Below are positions 8,219 through 12,057 of a stretch of 12,057 nucleotides of DNA, one piece after another. The notes beneath the pieces were generated by a model. The model was not told the origin of the DNA. It did no database searches and saw only the letters and a program-made list of their open reading frames with translations. A program made the translations under genes and the position numbers. Source of the DNA: Azolla caroliniana. Taxonomy: Eukaryota; Plantae; Polypodiophyta. The stretch covers positions 1 through 12,057 of the forward strand of contig JBHGNT010001102.1 in assembly GCA_043228905.1 (NCBI GenBank), written 5' to 3'. Position 1 is the stretch's first letter; every line of letters begins with the position of its first letter.

Positions 8219-9276
8219 GAAATGTTCTTCACCTCATTCTTGAGACTTGAGCTTGTCTAAATGATATAAGTAACATATTAGCACTAATTGTTTCATCTTA
8301 AGTCTTGGTTGATGCAATCATGCAAGCATGGCACTTTTACTTGAGCACACACTTTTCTTAGTTATATTGTGTATGTTCACTAAGACTTGTGTGTTTTAGT
8401 TAATTAGCTTGTTTCTTAACTAGGTGAGTGTGGGTAGATGGTGGCATTGTCTTAACATGAGCTTGACAAGAAGCATAGGTTTTGCCAATATTGAGGTATG
8501 TGATTAGGCGCCCACAACTTAAGTCGACAACCATGAGCTACACCAACTAGTTTAGGGTCCATAAACTACCTAACCAATTTTTTTTCTAGCCATTGTTGTG
8601 GCATGATCAATGTTCACTTGTAGACAGACATTAAGCCTCTACCTGTGATTTCTCCTACCAAGTCTCCAAAGAAGCATTACATGAAATTCAATCTTTTGAG
8701 AAGGTTTTGATTGAAATGAAAGACCCTGAAGATTTGGAAGGAACTTTTTCTGATGTAGATCTCAATGAGGATATAAAGTCTTTTGGTCAGCCTGCATAAG
8801 GCTAAGTCAACACATGTTGAAGAAAATAGCTACATGGGCATCATGGGAATTTTTGGTGTCTACAAATGCAACAGTTGAAGCAAGTGTTGAAGTAGTCCGC
8901 AGAAATTTTTAACTAAGTTGAAGGCACTAGTATGTGTTGATTGTTCAATGGAAGAAGGTTAGGACGAATCATACTCAAGGGGGTTTCGCTAGACATTCAT
9001 TACATATAGAAGTCCAATGCCATTCTTTTTAGTCTTTCACTCTACGTCTTTGAGCTCTGTTATTGGCCTATCATGGCTATTGCCTTTATAATGTTTTTAG
9101 ACTAATCATTTCGTCATGTATGTAGAAATTCTACTAATGAAAAATATTTTTTTGGCAAAAAAAATAAAAAATAAATTGTTGTCGTGATTTGGGGTGTAAT
9201 GTTAAGGAAATAATGCCATATTTTTTAATTTTGACAACCTATTAAGCTTAATAGTCTCAATCTAGAATGTTGTTCA

Positions 9277-9600
9277 TGTCACATCTAGAGTTGAACCTCT
9301 AACCTAAAACACACCCAATACTTAGTATTAGATAAACCATTTGGAAACCCTTAAGTTACATATAAATTATATATGGTTTAATATTGTATAGTCTAGTATA
9401 GTACATTCAAAATATTTTAGTCTTTAATATACTCTAGAAATATTCTATGATATATTCTAGAGATATTTCTTAGGTATATTCTAATAATATTCAAATTATC
9501 TTAGAACTTGTATAAATATGTGTATTCAATCGTGGTTGGAGGCGCACAATCCCATAGTGGATTGGTGCAATCGCTCGATCACATTTAGCGAGCCAAGATG
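9277..9600 (+). mobile_element. Possible 5' LTR (U3) remnant of the host Gypsy element
   Basis: Starts TGTCAC; repeated TATTCTA/CTAGA motifs; TATAAATA at 9511; lies upstream of the pol fragment. The partner LTR would be outside the window. Confidence 0.35.
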
Positions 9601-9749
9601 TTCGTGCACAACTATGAAGGTCAATTAAGTTTCATATCCTCCAGAGAAGGCCGATTTTGACTTGGCCATCCCACCCTCGGTCCAGGATGGGGCCGTTTAT
9701 GCCTTAGTTCATCACCCGCTCGCCATTTGTGGAGTTGCTTCTAACACAC

Positions 9750-9866
9750 TCCACGTTCTTCCCCACAAGTATAAATACTTCTCCGATATATTTGAGAAAC
9801 GTAATGCAGATCGTTTGCCTGAACACCGGTTCTACGACTGTTCGATTGATCTTCAAGAAGGCACGT
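9750..9866 (+). pseudogene. Gypsy pol fragment (protease-RT linker), 5' part
   Basis: LPHKYKYFSDIFEKRNADRLPEHRFYDCSIDLQEGT joins in frame to CPPFGP at 11263 once the insertion and one TSD copy are removed. Confidence 0.88.
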
Positions 9867-11258
9867 TGTTGTGGGGATTTTCGACTACGGTGAGAAACCC
9901 AAGTGGGACGAATAAAACGGGGATGTGCAACATTGCACATGTAGTTAATGAATTTGTAAATAGAAATAAGAAAAACTATGTATAAGGAAAGGGTATAATG
10001 TAAGGCACTAAAAGTTCACTACAAAGTTCGTGAAGTACAAATGTTATGTGCACTTAGGTGCACATGCACATGTAGACTAAGGGGAGTGCATGGGAGTAAG
10101 GGTGTAATCATAGATTGACACACGAAATGGCCCTAAGAATATTAGAAAACCATTCGTTTTGCAAAATAAATATAAAATATTTATTTATTTATTTAAATAA
10201 ATTTATTTCACCAAAAAAAGAACTATTATATAAAACTTATTTTAATTAATTAATTTTTAAAAAACGAATATTTTTATATTTATTCTGCAAATATGATTAG
10301 TATGAACTTTGAAGATATGATTAGTTTGAAGTACTATTTTTAATGTCAAAATAAAAATATCCATAAATTTTGAGGGAATAAAAAGTGAGAAATTAATGAG
10401 CCTTTATTTTATTTTATTTATTTATTAAAAATAAAACGAATACTTATAACTTATAAGTTATACATTTATTATAAAAATTTAGTAGTCTCAAATCCCCAAG
10501 TCCATCTTTTATTATCCCTATTAATTGTCAGGTTCCTTTTTTTTTATCCTAGGAAATTAAAAAAGGTAGAGTTTTTTTGTTTTTTTAGTTAAACGAATAC
10601 TTGACCACCCATTCGTATTCGTATTCGTTTGCATTCAAATAGAAAACCCAACGAATGCGAATATGTCAATCTATGGGTGTAATAAGTAGTAGGCATGGTG
10701 GTGTGTGTGTGTGTGTGAAAATGAGAGGAGAGGGAGTTAAGGTCCTATCAATCTCTCCTCCTAAAACCAAGGCAAATATCCCTCTTTGAAAAGTGTGGAA
10801 TATTTGGCCTCTCCTTTTGTAAAAGGGGGTGAGGAGGCACCATTGAGGAGGTCGCCATTTTGTCGTTTTGAGGTAGACCGTTAGGGTTTCTTTTCTTCTT
10901 CTTCGTGTTATCCCTATTTCGTTTTAGGGTTTTGGTTCTAGGTTCCCTTTTCTATTATTTTCCTTTCTCTCGATTAGGGTTTAGGTCTTCTTCCTATCTG
11001 GTTAGGTTCTTCTAGTTGTGCTTGAGTTCGGTCTATATGGCCGCGATTGTAATCATATTCTGGCTTTTGTGCCTCGTAATGGAATTTGTTTGATGAACCT
11101 TGTCTCAGTTAGTTCTTGGTCGTGTTAATCCTTCGCACATTGTTCTTCCCCTTTTGAGCTCGGAGGCTGTAAGGGTTGACCTTCCATTCCTCCCTTTTAC
11201 TCCTAAGTTCAAGATCCCAGTGGTCCCGCCCAAGCCACACACGGGTATTTCCACGACA
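9867..11258 (+). mobile_element. Solo LTR (about 817 bp without the MITE) inserted in Gypsy pol, 4-bp TSD ACGT
   Basis: Termini TGTTGTGG...CCACGACA (7/8 inverted match); ACGT at 9863-9866 and 11259-11262; removal restores GGC ACG TGT CCA (G-T-C-P). Strand is tentative. Confidence 0.88.
10109..10675. mobile_element. Non-autonomous hAT element/MITE, 567 bp
   Basis: Perfect 12-bp TIR CATAGATTGACA; perfect 8-bp TSD GGTGTAAT (10101-10108, 10676-10683); AT-rich core; repeated CGAAT/ATTCG motifs. Confidence 0.93.
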
Positions 11259-11262
11259 ACGT

Positions 11263-12057
11263 GTCCACCCTTTGGTCCTCTATATGTGTTGTCTACACTA
11301 GAGCTAAAGGCCCTTCGAGTGTATCTTGATGAGAACCTCACGAAAGGATTTATTCAACCTTCTAAGTCGTCGACCGGGCCCCACATATTATTCATGAAGA
11401 AGAAGGACGTCTCTCTACGCTTATGTGTAGACTACCGGGGTCTTAGCAAACTCATTGTGCGCAACCACTATCCGCTCCCTTTGATTCTTGAACTCCTCGA
11501 CTAGCTCCGCACTGCATGTGCCTTCTCCAAAGTTTATTTGCGTGGCGTGCACAATCTGGTACGCATCAAGACTAGTGATGAATGGAAAACTGCATTCCGA
11601 ACACGGTGTGGGCATTTTGAATACACGGTAATTCCTTTCGGCCTTACTAACGTCCCAACTGTTTTTCAACATATGATGAATGATATATTCCGAGAATATC
11701 TCGATCATTTCATGGTCATCTACCTTGATGATATTCTCATTTTTTCGCCAAACATGGCGGAGCACACCCGCCAAGTTCGATTAGTTCTTGCTAAACTTTA
11801 GGAGCACGATTGTACCTCGATTGAATTCCTAGGCTACATCATCTCGCCCACTGGCATCACGATGGATATGAAGAAGGTCTCAATAATTCGGGAGTGGGTG
11901 ACTCCACGATGTGCAATCCTTCCTCGGCTTCGCAAAGTATTATTGTCGCTGCATCAAGGGGTTTTCCACCCTAGCCCAACCTTTTATCACCCTCACCCAC
12001 AAAGGTACTCCCTTTTTATGGACCTTGATGACACAAAATGTGTTCGACTCACTCAAA
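11263..12057 (+). pseudogene. Ty3/Gypsy (Tf2/Tcn1-like chromovirus-type) reverse transcriptase, disrupted; continues beyond the window
   Basis: Motifs [34 protein letters not shown] (11721-11732), IEFLGYII. In-frame TAG at 11502-11504 and 11799-11801, an apparent deletion near 11810 and a frameshift near 11910. Confidence 0.93.

Noticed and set aside
11100-11262. N-terminal part of the 134-aa ORF
   Set aside because: LTR sequence fortuitously in frame with the RT; not part of pol.

Overview
Eukaryotic (land-plant) genomic DNA, probably from a non-seed plant such as a fern or lycophyte (an inference from protein and TE types). The left third holds a complete 8-exon minus-strand gene (127-4376, 392 aa, all GT-AG introns, phases consistent) encoding a METTL18/HPM1-type histidine protein methyltransferase. 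Its introns carry a 78-bp perfect hairpin, a templated filler-DNA insertion and an LTR-like remnant, and two uORFs lie upstream. The rest is TE-rich intergenic DNA: a tRNA-like Pol III head, a faint Gypsy relic, two solo LTRs with 5-bp TSDs, and a three-level nest (pseudogenised Tf2/Tcn1-like Gypsy pol > solo LTR with 4-bp TSD > hAT MITE with 8-bp TSD). I found no clearly new multi-gene system. The best leads are the intronic hairpin, the in-frame uORF and the mosaic-looking METTL18 protein.
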